DNA of 34,848 nt from Chiloscyllium plagiosum (lineage: Eukaryota): the NCBI RefSeq assembly GCF_004010195.1, contig NC_057752.1, positions 12,563,867 through 12,598,714 on the forward strand. The letters run 5' to 3'. The position numbers were made by a program, and so were the translations under genes. Positions 1 through 11,867 of the stretch are shown piece by piece. A model generated the notes under the pieces. That model searched no databases. It was not told the DNA's origin and saw only the letters and a program-made list of their open reading frames with translations. Positions within the stretch are counted from its first letter, which is position 1, and every line of letters starts with the position of its first letter.

Positions 1-90
1 GTGGGGCAGTGGGTACAGTGGGACAGTGGGTTCAGTGGGGCAGGGGGCACAGTGGGGCAGGGGGCACAGTGGGGCGGGGGGTACAGCAGT
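1..90. repeat. Degenerate G-rich tandem repeat (cacagtggggcagggg-like), cut by window start
   Basis: Repeated cagtggg/cagggg units visible at 1-90. Confidence 0.75.
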
Positions 91-1183
91 GACTGTATAA
101 AATGGTCTGGCCTGTCTGTCCACCTGGCATTGTTTGTGTTACCCTCCTGTGTGCGCTCTGACGTGTGGGAACCTTTTTCAAGATGGCACAGTGTTGAGAT
201 GGAGTCCATATTGTCAGCTCAGAAGGAAGGTCTTCCTCCTGTCCAATCAGAGCAGTGTGTTGTTCTCTGCCTGGCTCGCAGTTCCTGGTGATTGTGCCGA
301 ATCTGGCACTGCCCTGGATCATCATTCATGAAGCAAAATGGGTCACGGGACAGGGTGCCCTTAGATGCCCCTGTCAAAGACATTCTCTGCCAAGGAGTGT
401 TCTTGTGCCTCCGTGCAAGGCTGGCACTGCCCACAGACCTACCTGCTGACCCGTGTTGTTCCCCAGGCTTGGGATTATCAAATTCTTCATCAACCATTTG
501 CGCGGGCTGGAAAGCACAGGAAAGAGTTACAGAGTTACCCAGGCTATCCAGTCCAGCCCACTGCATCCCCTGGGGCTGAAATTGTGCGCCTGTCACACAT
601 GCCAGCACTTTGCGCCACCCAGTTTCCACCCTGTGCCAGGCCGTGGGCAGCCCGTTCATTCACCGCCTTCCTGCCAACTTCCAGCAGTTGGCTGTTTTTG
701 ATGCCGGTTTGAAACGTGCAAGTGGTGCCTTTCGAAGCTGGGTCTGGTACCCGCTGCTGCTGTGGTTAGGCCGGGGCGTCGACTTTCCTATTCGGCCTGC
801 TGTTGCCCTGCCAGCCTGCAAGAGACTAGGGGGGGGTGGGGGCACTCCCACAGCTCCCCGAGGGAGCTGGCTACACGGCCAGGCTCCCCAAGGCCACGCC
901 GAGAAAGAACGAAGGCAAGGAAACGTGGTCTGAGTAGGGAGTGGGGGGATCCTGCCCTCAACGCAGGCTGGATGGTTTTGGGAAAAGGCAGCTGTTGCTT
1001 GTCCTCACGTGGGCTCCCTCTCAGAGTAAGATCAAACTCAATCCTCGAAAGTGCAGTCATTTCGGAGGACAGAACTGGAACGTGTCTGGGAAAAGAAGAC
1101 ACATTTTTGGTAACATTGACACCCATCGGGACAACTTGCAACACATGTTACCATACATGTTGCCGGTCTCTTCGATGTTCTCG

Positions 1184-1571
1184 GCACCCCAGCACCTCTC
1201 CTTCCTCAGGAGGCTAAGCAAATTCAGCACGTCCACAAGGACCCGTTACCAATCGTTACAGATGCACCGTAGAAAGTATCCGGATGGATCACGGCTTGGT
1301 ACGGGAACTACTCTGCCCAGGACAGTAACAAACTACAGGGAGTTGTGAACACAGCCCAGTCCCTCCTTCCATCCATTGGCTCCGTCTACCCTTCCCACTG
1401 CCTCAGGAAGGCAGCAACATCATCAAAGACCCCTCCCACCCCGGGGACACTCTCTTCCCCCCTCCTCCCTCGGGCAGAAGATACAAAATTTTGAAAACAC
1501 GTACCAACAGATTCAGGAACAGCTTCTTCCCTCCTGTTACCAGGCTTATATATTAGATCGCTCGTACAGTA
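1184..1571 (+). mobile_element. Duplicated 388-bp fragment of the Rex1/Babar-like LINE at 3622-4009
   Basis: Matches 3622-4009 at constant offset 2438; I see one mismatch (1222 a vs 3660 g). ORFs 1376..1600 and 3814..4086 begin identically. Confidence 0.9.
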
Positions 1572-1574
1572 CCC

Positions 1575-1762
1575 ATAGTGCTCAGGGGTGTGCAGGTTAG
1601 GGTGGATTGGCCATGGGAAATTGCCCCATAGTGTCTGTCGGTTATTACTCTGAGGTAAATATAGGGTTGGGGGAATGGGTCTGGGTGGATTACTCTTTGG
1701 AGGGTCAGTGTGGACTTGTTGGGCTGAAGGGCCTGTTTCCACACTGGAGGGGAAAATCTAAT
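1575..1762 (+). mobile_element. HE1-type SINE, 3' half
   Basis: gtgcaggttagg..ggccatg..gggctgaagggcctgtttccacactg tail shared with the full copies. Confidence 0.8.
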
Positions 1763-2194
1763 CCCAGCCCTGGGTTAGCGACTCCAGAAAGCGGAAGAAT
1801 CTCAAGCAGGAGCTGGTTACTGATCAGGGGCAACTCAGCTGCCCGTTACCTGGGCAACAGGCATCCCACCCAAATGTCTCCATATTGTCATTGACGTTGC
1901 TTCAAGGCTCTGATGGCTGCTCTGAGATCCTGATCGCCGAACCGTTTCCAGCCGAGGATGTCCCTGTCCAACCTTAGCTTATGGCTTGCCAATCCATCTG
2001 CTCGCTGTTACATTTCACATCATCGAATGGCATCACCTCAATTCTGTTTCCTTTCTCTCCTGAACTAATTTGCGGGTATAAAATTATATCTTAAAAGACA
2101 TTGAGCTGTGCCAACTCCATGAAAGAGTGTTCCTTTTAGTGCCACGTTCAGGTTTCCTCCCTGTTAGTGAGTCATCCTCCAATCCTCCAATGAT

Positions 2195-2503
2195 GGGTGG
2201 CACGGTGGCTCAGTGGTTAGCACTGCTGCCTCGCAGCGCCGGAGACCCGGGTTCAAGTCCCGCCTCAGGCGACTGACTGTGTGGAGTTTGCACGTTCTCC
2301 CCGTGTCTGCGTGGGTTTCCTCCGGGGGCTCCGGTTTCCTCCCACAGTCCAAAGATGTGCAAGTCAGGTGAATTGGCCATGCTAAATTGCCCGTAGTGTT
2401 AGGTAAGGGGTAAATGTAGGGGAATGGGTGGGTTGCGCTTCGGCGGGTCGGTGTGGACTTGTTGGGCCGAAGGGCCTGTTTCCACACTGTAATGTAATCT
2501 AAT
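2195..2503 (+). mobile_element. HE1-type tRNA-derived SINE, full length
   Basis: Head ggcacggtggctcagtggttagc (A box), ggttcaagtcc (B box), core gtgtggagtttgcacgttctccccgtgtctgcgtgggtttcc, CR1-like tail gggccgaagggcctgtttccacactgta. Recognised as the elasmobranch HE1 family. Confidence 0.9.
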
Positions 2504-2721
2504 ATACTCAGATTTACGAGCATACAAACCCGGAGCAGAGCAGGGCCATTTGCAGCCCCCCCCCCCCACGCTGCTCTGACACGACCATGGCCAATCAGGT
2601 TGTGTTTTCAATTCCAACCCCTCTCCCGCCCAATAATCTTCAGCCCTGACAAGAATCATCCATTTCTGCCCTCACGCTCTTCAATGGCCACTCCTTCCGA
2701 GAGGGAGAATTCGGGATCACA

Positions 2722-4150
2722 CAACTCCCTGGCCCTGCACCTCAGCCCTGGAACATCTGGATCACAAGGACACCTGCGACCGGCTCCTGTTTATCGACTT
2801 TAGCTCTGCCTTCAACACCAGCATTCCGACCAAATCTGTTTCCAAACTCCGAGACCTCGGACCCTGCTTCCCCCTCTGCAGCTGGATCCCTGATTTCCTC
2901 ACCTGCGGACCGTAATTAGATTAGATTCCCTCCAGTATGGAAACAGGCCCTTCGGCCCAACCAGTCCATACCGACCCTCTGAAGAGTAACCCACTCAGAC
3001 CCATACCCCTACATTTACCCCTTACCTAACACTACGGGCAATTTAGCATGGCCAATTCACCTAACCTGCACATCTTTGGACTGTGGGAGGAAACCGGNNN
3101 NNNNNNNNNNNNNNNNNNNNNNNNNNNNNNNNNNNNNNNNNNNNNNGTGAGGCAGCAGTGCTAACCACTGAGCCACCATGCCACCCCAAATCAGTAAGGA
3201 TAGGGGACAACACCTCCCACACAGTAATCGCCAACTCTGGCGCTCTGTACGGCTGCGTACTCAGCCCCTTACTACACTCCTTACATCCTACACTCACAAC
3301 CATGTGGCTAAATTCAGCTCTTACTCCATTTCCAAATTTACTGATGACACCAACGCCATGGGTCAGACCGTGAGCAACAATGAGACCGAGCACAGGAAAG
3401 ACGCAGCAAGCTTAGCTGCATGGTATAAAGACATCAGACCCTCCCTCAACATCAGCAAAACGAAGGAACTGCTCATTGAGCTCAGGAAGGGGTGTGGGGG
3501 GCACACCCCTGTCTGTATCAATGGAGCTGAGGGGGAGGTGATCGACAGCATCAGGTTCCTGGGAGTGACGGTCACCAACAATCTGTCCTGCTCCACCCAT
3601 GTCAGCCCTACAGTCCAGAAAGCACCCCAGCACCTCTCCTTCCTCAGGAGGCTAAGCAAGTTCAGCACGTCCACAAGGACCCGTTACCAATCGTTACAGA
3701 TGCACCGTAGAAAGTATCCGGATGGATCACGGCTTGGTACGGGAACTACTCTGCCCAGGACAGTAACAAACTACAGGGAGTTGTGAACACAGCCCAGTCC
3801 CTCCTTCCATCCATTGGCTCCGTCTACCCTTCCCACTGCCTCAGGAAGGCAGCAACATCATCAAAGACCCCTCCCACCCCGGGGACACTCTCTTCCCCCC
3901 TCCTCCCTCGGGCAGAAGATACAAAATTTTGAAAACACGTACCAACAGATTCAGGAACAGCTTCTTCCCTCCTGTTACCAGGCTTATATATTAGATCGCT
4001 CGTACAGTAGAGGTGATCTTTCTCTACACCTTCTCTGTAACACTATATTCTGCGTTCTGTTCTCTCACCCTGGTGTACTTGTGTGAGGCAGGATTTATCT
4101 GGACAGCACGCAGTACAATACTTTTCACTGTATCTCGGTACGTGTGGCTA
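2722..4150 (+). mobile_element. Rex1/Babar-like non-LTR element, decayed RT and 3' region, interrupted by a SINE
   Basis: Across frameshifts reads [74 protein letters not shown], typical Rex1/Babar RT motifs. Confidence 0.85.
2915..3186 (-). mobile_element. HE1-type SINE inserted in the Rex1/Babar LINE (contains N gap 3098-3146)
   Basis: Reverse complement of the 2195-2503 element, with an attagattaga tail. Confidence 0.88.
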
Positions 4151-4689
4151 TAATTAATCGAACGGCCCTGATCAGCGCACGCTGAGAAGCATTGAGAAAT
4201 TGGCTCTTCTTCAGCCATATCAGGGTCGGTGTGGATCTACCTGATGGCTGCTGGCGTACACATACCAATCGTTTCTCTCACTTGCTGGGCGGCATACCTA
4301 GCAACACAACTGCCACCTTCCCTCTGCCCCCACTCCTGCCATTAATCGTGGGCTGATCGATTACCCACTCGCTTTGTGTTTCTCCTCAGGAGACCATTAG
4401 CCTTTATTGATTTCTTCAGTCATGGCACGTGGTTAGCACTGCCTCAGCCAGCAGGTAGCGCCTCTTCCCAATGGCCCCCTTTTGCGAAGGCGAGGCTGAG
4501 CTCCCCTATCCAGGGGCTGCAGTGCGGAACTGGGAGCCTGACTGCAGGAAACCCGAAACTATGGAGAGACAGCAAGTTGAGGTTTCGAGGCGTTCGCCTG
4601 CTCTCTCTCCCTCCACTGGGAGGCTGCCTGACCCACTGGGATCTCCAGCTGAGTTCAATAAAAGCCTCGAGTTCCCCTCCAGCGTAAGG

Positions 4690-5221
4690 TCAGGAATGAG
4701 GACGTTTGCTGGTGTTTGCACAGTGTCCAGCACCATTCGCCACTCCTCAGAGACTGAAACAGTCCGTGTCCAAACGCAACAAGATCTGGACAATACCCAG
4801 GCAAGGAACATTCACAGCACCCAAAGACCAGGTAATGGCCCTCTCCAATAAGAGAGAATGTAACTCTGCCCCTTGACATGTTGCCATCACTGAATCCCCT
4901 ACTATCAACATCTTTGGGGGGGTTATTGTTGACCAGAAACTGAACTGGACTTACCACCCACACGCTGTGGCTACAAGAGCAGGTCGGAGGCTGGGAATCC
5001 TGTAGCGAGTAACCCCCCCCCCCTCCTGACTCCCCAAAGCCTGTCCCACCATCTACAAGGCACCAGTCAGGAGGGTGATGGAATACTCCCCACTTGCCCC
5101 TGGATGGGGGCAGCTCCAACAACACTCAAGAAGCTCAACACCATCCAGGACAAAGCAGCCGCTTGGTTGGCCCCACATCCACAAACACCCACTCCCTCTC
5201 CCACCGACGCTCAGTAGCAGC
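4690..5221 (+). mobile_element. Second APE-RT LINE family, RT C-terminal fragment
   Basis: TFAGVCTVSSTIRHSSETETVRVQTQQDLDNTQA (decayed FADD region), then VMEYSPLA. Ends at a gap. 5143-5188 recurs at about 32236-32280. Confidence 0.7.
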
Positions 5222-5721
5222 NNNNNNNNNNNNNNNNNNNNNNNNNNNNNNNNNNNNNNNNNNNNNNNNNNNNNNNNNNNNNNNNNNNNNNNNNNNNNNN
5301 NNNNNNNNNNNNNNNNNNNNNNNNNNNNNNNNNNNNNNNNNNNNNNNNNNNNNNNNNNNNNNNNNNNNNNNNNNNNNNNNNNNNNNNNNNNNNNNNNNNN
5401 NNNNNNNNNNNNNNNNNNNNNNNNNNNNNNNNNNNNNNNNNNNNNNNNNNNNNNNNNNNNNNNNNNNNNNNNNNNNNNNNNNNNNNNNNNNNNNNNNNNN
5501 NNNNNNNNNNNNNNNNNNNNNNNNNNNNNNNNNNNNNNNNNNNNNNNNNNNNNNNNNNNNNNNNNNNNNNNNNNNNNNNNNNNNNNNNNNNNNNNNNNNN
5601 NNNNNNNNNNNNNNNNNNNNNNNNNNNNNNNNNNNNNNNNNNNNNNNNNNNNNNNNNNNNNNNNNNNNNNNNNNNNNNNNNNNNNNNNNNNNNNNNNNNN
5701 NNNNNNNNNNNNNNNNNNNNN
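5222..5721. other. Assembly gap (500 N)
   Basis: Run of N. Other gaps: 3098-3146, 6322-6472, 21776-22310. Confidence 0.99.
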
Positions 5722-5844
5722 CCTCAGCAGCCCTTGCCCAGCTCAGTGTCAGACTTTGGGAAGCTTCTCTTTGAGAGCGTGTTACGATGTCACAAGGGAG
5801 CTGACGGGATCGTGGGAATGTACCCGGACCAGTAATTTGCCAAC

Positions 5845-6039
5845 CTCAGCCTGGGCTCAAATTCCACCCCTGCTGGTGGGATAGAAATTCGATGAATAAA
5901 TCTGGAACTGAAAGCTGATCTTGGTGATATGACATCTTCCATTGATTTTTGTCAAACCCTCAACTGTTCACTTCGGGGAAGAAAATCTACTGTCCTTACC
6001 TGGTCTGGCCCACACGTAACTCTAGACCCATAGCCATGT
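5845..6039 (+). mobile_element. Second SINE family fragment (possibly SacSINE1-like; name unverified)
   Basis: Shares tccttacctggtctgg..agaccca with copies at 9105-9275, 24655-24998 and 31962-32197. Confidence 0.65.
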
Positions 6040-6642
6040 CATAGAGGTGTACAGCACGGAAACAGACCCTTCGGTCCAACCCGTCCATGCCGACCAGATA
6101 TCCCAACCCAATCTAGTTCCACCTGCCAGCACCCGGCCCATATCCCTCCAAACCCTTCCTATTCATATACACATTCAAATGCGTCTTAAATGTTGCAATT
6201 GTACCAGCCTCCACCACTTCCTCTGGCAGCTCATTCCATACACGTACCACCCTCTGTGTGAAAAGGTTGCCCCTTAGGTCTCTTTTATATCTTTCCCCTC
6301 TCACCCTAAACCTATGCCCTCNNNNNNNNNNNNNNNNNNNNNNNNNNNNNNNNNNNNNNNNNNNNNNNNNNNNNNNNNNNNNNNNNNNNNNNNNNNNNNN
6401 NNNNNNNNNNNNNNNNNNNNNNNNNNNNNNNNNNNNNNNNNNNNNNNNNNNNNNNNNNNNNNNNNNNNNNNNCCTATCTACCTGTGACTCTACTTTCAAG
6501 GAGCTATGAACCTGCACTCCAAGGTCTCTTTGTTCAGCAACACTCCCTCGGACCTTACCATTAAGTGTATACGTCCTGCTAAGATTTGCTTTCCCACAAT
6601 GCAGCACTTCGCATTTATCTGAATTAAACTCCATCTGCCACT
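6037..6642 (-). mobile_element. CR1/HER1-type LINE 3' end (contains N gap 6322-6472)
   Basis: WQMEFNSDKCEVLH..EQRDLGVQVHSSLKV..GHRFRVRGERYKRDLRGNLFTQRVVRVWNELP, plus 3' UTR. Confidence 0.92.
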
Positions 6643-7165
6643 GACTCTGAAGTGGCTGAGCAAGCCACTCTGTTCCAGGGGCACTGAGGGATGGGCACCA
6701 AATACTGACCCTTGGCAGTGACATGTTGGATCGCTCTCTCTGATGTCCCAACCCTCTGTTGATGTCAAGGCCCTGTCTGATGATCTCATTCTGCAAGCAA
6801 GTGTCATCACACCATTCCCCCATTCAAATTTGTTCTTTCCCAAGTGCTCAGTGTGAAACTTCCTGCTTCTCCCCTGCAGCTTGGTTTGTACCCCAGGCTT
6901 ACCATCACTTAGCCACTACGTCTTTGCTCACTTCACATTCTCTCCCATGTTTTCCCATTTTGTAGCTAAGATGGCGGCCGAGAATGGCTGTACAGATATG
7001 CCAGTACTTGAGTACATGTGACAGTAAAACCAAATTCTAACCTGGGCGTGATACTATCCGGTCTTGGTGTTAATACCTCTTTGATCGCACTGTCACCTTT
7101 GTTAAATTGTTATCTAAGGTTTGGAGAAACAGAAGTTGGTTGTTAATTGTCTGAGCACATCTGTG

Positions 7166-7463
7166 GGCGGCACAGTGGTTAACACTGCTGCCTCACAGCG
7201 CCAGAGACCTGGGTTCAATTCCCGCCTCAGGCGACTGACTGTGTGGAGTTTGCACGTTCTCCCCGTGTCTGCGTGGGTTTCCTCCGGGTGCTCCAGTTTC
7301 CTCCCACACTCCAAAGATGTGCAGGTGAATTGGTCATGCTAAATGGCCTGTAGTGTTAGGTGAAGGGGTGAATGTAGGGGAATGGGTCTGGGTGGGTTGC
7401 GCTTCGGCGGGTCGGTGTGGACCTGTTGGGCCGAAGGGCCTGTTTCCACACTGTAAGCAATCT
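7166..7463 (+). mobile_element. HE1-type SINE
   Basis: Same head (short deletion), core and tail as 2195-2503. Confidence 0.9.
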
Positions 7464-7615
7464 AAGAAGTGCCAAGTGGATGATCTATCTCGTGTGGTGC
7501 CCAGCATTACAGATACCAGTCTTCCGCCAACTCGAATCACTCGACGTGATATCACGAAATGGTTGGATACTGCAAAGGCTATGGACCCTGACAACATTCC
7601 GGTAATAGTACCAGG
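7464..7615 (+). mobile_element. Second APE-RT LINE family fragment
   Basis: DITKWLDTAKAMDPDNIP, homologous to the minus-strand copy near 29300-29560. Confidence 0.7.
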
Positions 7616-7849
7616 CACGTGGCTGCTCTTTGCCGAAGCTGTGTTGTAGGAGCTGATTTAATGAGGCACAGCGCTAATGCCAATCAGAAACTCTTTACCA
7701 TCTGGGAATCACCACCCTTCCACTGTAATGGGGACGTCCTTTCAAACCCTCCTTCAAACTCACCTCTTTTTGCTCTCCTAACATAGCGCCACCTGCACCT
7801 CCTGCGCACTTTGTAGTGCCCCTATCCGGATGGAACAGCCAGCAATATT

Positions 7850-8295
7850 GAATTGAATTTATTGTCCTGTGTACCGGGGCTCAGTGAAAAGCTGTGTCCT
7901 GCGAGCAATACAGGCAGGTCCCAGAGTTAAGTAGCATAGATCGTAAATTGTAGGTGAACAGCGGCAAAACCCAAAACACAGGTACAGGTGAATGCTAAGA
8001 GTTTGTGAGTCCATTCAGTATTCGAACAGTAGGGTAGAAACTGTTTCGAAACCGGCTGGTGCGTGTGTTCAGGTTTCTGTACCTTCTCCCCGATGGTAGA
8101 GGTTGTAGAGAAACATTGCCAGGGTGGGATGGATCTCTGAGAATGCTGGCGACCTTTCCTTGATACGGGCCTGGGAGATGGATTCTGTAGATGGGAGGTT
8201 GGTCTTTGTGATTGTCCAGGCCAGGTTCATCACTCTCTGTAACCGTCTCCAATCTTGAATGGTACAGTTACCATACCAGGTAGTGATACATCCAA
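7850..8295 (-). mobile_element. Rex1/Babar-like LINE 3' fragment
   Basis: GCITTWYGNCTIQDWRRLQRVMN..ILRDPSHPG..LPSGRRYR..RFRNSFYP. Confidence 0.85.
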
Positions 8296-8619
8296 TATTT
8301 GGAAATATTTGCAATGGGGGGGGTTCCAGTCTGAAATATCCGAGCCGCGTCAGACCAGTGTGTCTCATTCACCTGTTTTCTCTCTGCCTCATTTCCCCCA
8401 CGTTAAAGGTGAATGGAAGATGCGGCTGGACGGCTTTTAACATTTGGTCATTTCCCTGGAATGGCCTGCTCAAATGGGCAAGATAAGATGCTGGGCCTGG
8501 AACACAGAGGTCCCCCTGGGGGAAATGCTGTGACTGAGAAACCATCCTGTCAGCGCATCCCAATTTCAACAGAGGAATTGAATCGAGGAAAGAAAAATGG
8601 GCAAGTCGAGAGAACGAGG

Positions 8620-9275
8620 TAATGCTCTGGAGACCTGGGTTCGAGTCTCACCACAGCTGACGGTGGACTCTGAATTCAGTCCAAATCTGGAATGAAGAGT
8701 TTAATGGTGGCCAGATTGTCAAGAAAAACCAATTTGGTTCACGAAACGACAAAATCGAAAGAACTGCAGGGGCTGGAAAACAGGAAGTTGCTGGAAAAGC
8801 TCAGCGGGTCTGGCAGCATCTGTGGAGAGAGAGAGATCAGAGTTAATGCTTCGGACCCTCAGAACTGAGCTTTTTCCAGTAATTTCTGTTTTTGTTTGGG
8901 TCTGTCAGCAGTCACATGACACTGGGGTTATAGTCCAACAGGTTTATTTGAAATCGTCAGCTTTTGAACATCACCTGATGAAGGAGCAGCGCTCTGAAAG
9001 AAGCTTGTGGTTTCAAATAAACCTGTTGGGCTACCACCTGGTGTCATGTGATTTCTGACTTTGTCTATCCCCCAAACCAACCTCGGCACCTCCACATCAT
9101 GTTTCCGTCTGGGTCACTGATGTCCTTTCGGGAAGGGAATCTGCCATCCTTACCTGGTCTGGGCCTACATGTGACTCCAGACCCACAGCGATGTGATTGA
9201 CTCTGAACTGCCCTCTGGGATGGGCATTAAATGCTGGCCGAGTAAGTAATGCCCTCATCCCGTGAATAAGTACAC
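8620..9275 (+). mobile_element. Second-family SINE split by two nested Penelope-like insertions (~8745-8905 and ~8911-9100)
   Basis: SINE 5' part at 8620-8742 (ggttcgagtctc B box) resumes near 9105. Between them lie the gctggaaaagc.cagc family and the ggttatagtccaacaggtttatttg hairpin family. Confidence 0.7.
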
Positions 9276-9454
9276 AAAACGTCACCTCCTGGAAGATCAG
9301 CCTGATCGTATTAACAGTGGAAACGCCGATGTCAATCTATCTGACACCTTTGAAAAGCAGCTCAGTGGATTAACTCTGAATATATGATGGTATTCTCAGC
9401 TTTGGAGAAACACAGAAAGCGATTGCACTGCATGACAGAGGGAAAGGTACAAGG

Positions 9455-10285
9455 ATTAGAACATAGAACATAGAACATGACAGCACAGTACAGGCCCTTC
9501 GGCCCTCGATGTTGCACCGACCTGTGGAACCAATCTGAGGCCCATCTAACCTACACCATTCCATTCTCATCCATATGCCTATCCAGTGACCATTTAAATA
9601 CCCTTAAAGTTGGTGGGTATCCTACTGTTACAGGCAGGGCGTTCCACACCCCGCCTTCTCTCTGAGTAAAGAAACTACCTCTGACATCTGTCCTATATCT
9701 ATCACCCCTCAATTTAAAGCTTGTGCTAGCCATCACCATCTGAGGAAAAAGGCTCTCACTGTCCACCCTATCTAACCCTCTGATCACTTTGTATGTCTCT
9801 ATTAAGTCACCTCTCAACCTTCTTCTCTCTGGGGTAGCACGATGGCTCAGTGGTTAGCACTGCTGCCTCCCAGCGCTGGGGACCTGGGTTCGATTCCCAC
9901 CTCAGGTGACTGACTGACTGACTGTCTGTGTGGAGTTTGCACATTCTCCCTGTGTCTGCGTGGGTTCCCTCCCACTATCCAAAGATGTGCAGGTTAGGTA
10001 AATCGGCCATGCTAAATTGCCCCTGGTGTTAGGTGCATTAGTTAGGGGTAAATATAGGTGCGGCATTGGGTCTGGGTGGGTTACTCTTTGGAGGGTCGGT
10101 GTTGGGCTGAAGGGCCTGTTTCCATCCTGTAGGGAATCTAACCTGACGAAAACAGCTTCAAGTCCCTCAGCCTTTCCTCATAAGACCTTCTCTCCACACC
10201 AGGCAACGTCCTGGTAAATCTCCTCTGAACCCTTTCCAAAGCTTCCACATCCTTTCTATAATGCGGTGACCAGAACTGTACGCAA
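9455..10285 (-). mobile_element. CR1-type LINE 3' part, interrupted by a SINE
   Basis: CVQFWSPHYRKDVEALERVQRRFTRTLPG, then RGDLIETYKVIRGLDRVD..FFTQR; (tatgttc)n tail. Confidence 0.88.
9831..10141 (+). mobile_element. HE1-type SINE inside the CR1
   Basis: tRNA-like head and core; internal (tgac)n slippage at 9907-9923. Confidence 0.88.
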
Positions 10286-10289
10286 GTCA

Positions 10290-10505
10290 GCCTTCGAAAT
10301 ATTCCAGGACACTGCTTCCCCCACCATCTTAAGGGAAGGTGTTCCAAAAACCCACACCCTGAGAGGACCCATTGGGTTTTGAACACTTTGGTTTTAAATG
10401 GACAAGCCCTGCTTTTCGGAACAGTGACCTTCTCAGTGTCGACTCCCAGAAGGGCAAATGTCCTCTCCACGTCCACTCTGTCAGGATCCCTCAGGATTTG
10501 ATACG
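10290..10505 (-). mobile_element. Old CR1 3' fragment
   Basis: TYQILRDPDRVDVERTF, resembling the CR1 ORF2 C-terminus. Confidence 0.55.
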
Positions 10506-10710
10506 TCAATGGACTGGCCCAATTGAGACTGGTTCAGCTTTTAACCCATTGGCCCAAGTGAACTTAAGTTTTCAATTTAACCCGGCTTTCCTAGTTCGCA
10601 AACAGGGAGTTTATGGATATTAAATGTCGAAGAATTATTAATGCAGCACACAGATTAGAAATAAGAGGGAGGTCGAAAAAGATCAAAGATTAAAACGGAT
10701 ATACCAAGCA

Positions 10711-10915
10711 GAGAGGTACAGCATGGAAACAGTCCCTTCGGGCCAACTTGTCCATGCTGACCAGATATCCCAAATAAATATGTCAGCACATCCCTTCCCA
10801 TTCATATACCCATCCAAATGCCTTTTAAATGTACCAGCCTCCACCACTTCCTCTGGCAGCTCATTCCATACACTTAACACCCTCTGCGTGAAAAAGTTGC
10901 CCCTTAGGTCCCCTT
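10711..10915 (-). mobile_element. CR1/HER1-type 3' end
   Basis: VWNELPEEVVEAGTFKRHLDGYMN plus 3' UTR. Confidence 0.85.
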
Positions 10916-11234
10916 TAGATTAGATTCAACTCCCTACAGTGTGGAAATAGGCCCTTCGGCCCAACCAGTCCACACCGCCCCTCCGAAGAGTAACCCACCC
11001 AGACCCATTCCCCCTGACTAACGCACCTAACTCTACGGGCAATTTAGCATGACCAATTCACCTAACCTGCACATCTTTGGACTGTGGGAGGAAACCGGAG
11101 CACCCGGAGGAAACCCATGTAGACCCAGGGGAGAATGTGCAAACTCCACACAGACAGTTGCCTGAAGCGGGAATCGAACCCCGGTCTCTGGCGCTGTGAG
11201 GCAGCAGTGCTAACCACTGAGCCACCGTGCCACT
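10916..11234 (-). mobile_element. HE1-type SINE, full length
   Basis: Reverse complement of the head, core and tail. Confidence 0.9.
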
Positions 11235-11860
11235 ACTGTTGCTAATCTTGCTAGAACTTGCTTTCCATCCCATCTCTGTCGTGACCCTGCTCAATGAGTG
11301 GGCCTCAAGAGTCAGGGTTTCCAAATACCATCTCCGAGAAAAAACTTTCTCCTCTTTCTAACTGTCCTAAATAGCTTCTCTTTTATTCTGCAACTGTGAC
11401 CCCTGGACCCCAGAGCCAGGGGAAACATGTTTTCTGCATCTACTCTGTCAATTCCCATTTAAAGAATTTGGTACGTTTCTATGACACCACCTCTGATTCT
11501 TCTAAACTCCAGAGAATACAGGCCCACTTTTCTCAATTGCATCCCACAGAATCGTCCCACCGTTGTCGGAATCAGTCTGGTGAGTCTTCCCTACATTCCC
11601 TCTGTGTCCTTCCTTCAGGAAGACCACTCCAGATGTGGTCTTGTAAGTGCTCCATACAACTGTCGCCAGGCCTCATTGCTCCTGTACTCAAATCACCTGG
11701 TGATAAGGCCAACGTACGGTTTGACTTCGGACACCAAGGTCCTTTTGGACTTTATCGCTTGCCAATCTCACATCATTGAAGTGATTCTTTTGGTCCTCCT
11801 ACCTCACACTTTAGATTCCACCCGCCATACTCCTGCCCACTCACTCAGTCTGTCTGAATC
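11235..11860 (-). mobile_element. Old decayed CR1 3' region
   Basis: Reverse strand has ctgtattctctggagtttagaagaatcagaggtg (LYSLEFRR.RG) and ttttctcggagatggt. Confidence 0.6.
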
Positions 11861-11867
11861 CCCTCAT

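Noticed and set aside
90..1144. Overlapping 60-150 aa ORFs on both strands
   Set aside because: No recognisable domain; expected by chance in GC-rich DNA. At most UTR-like sequence of the candidate terminal exon starting at 1085.
2195..2270. tRNA genes at SINE heads
   Set aside because: The A/B boxes run directly into the SINE core and LINE-like tail in every copy.
5075..5884. Long ORFs crossing N runs (also 21637-22628)
   Set aside because: Their length comes from untranslatable N gaps.
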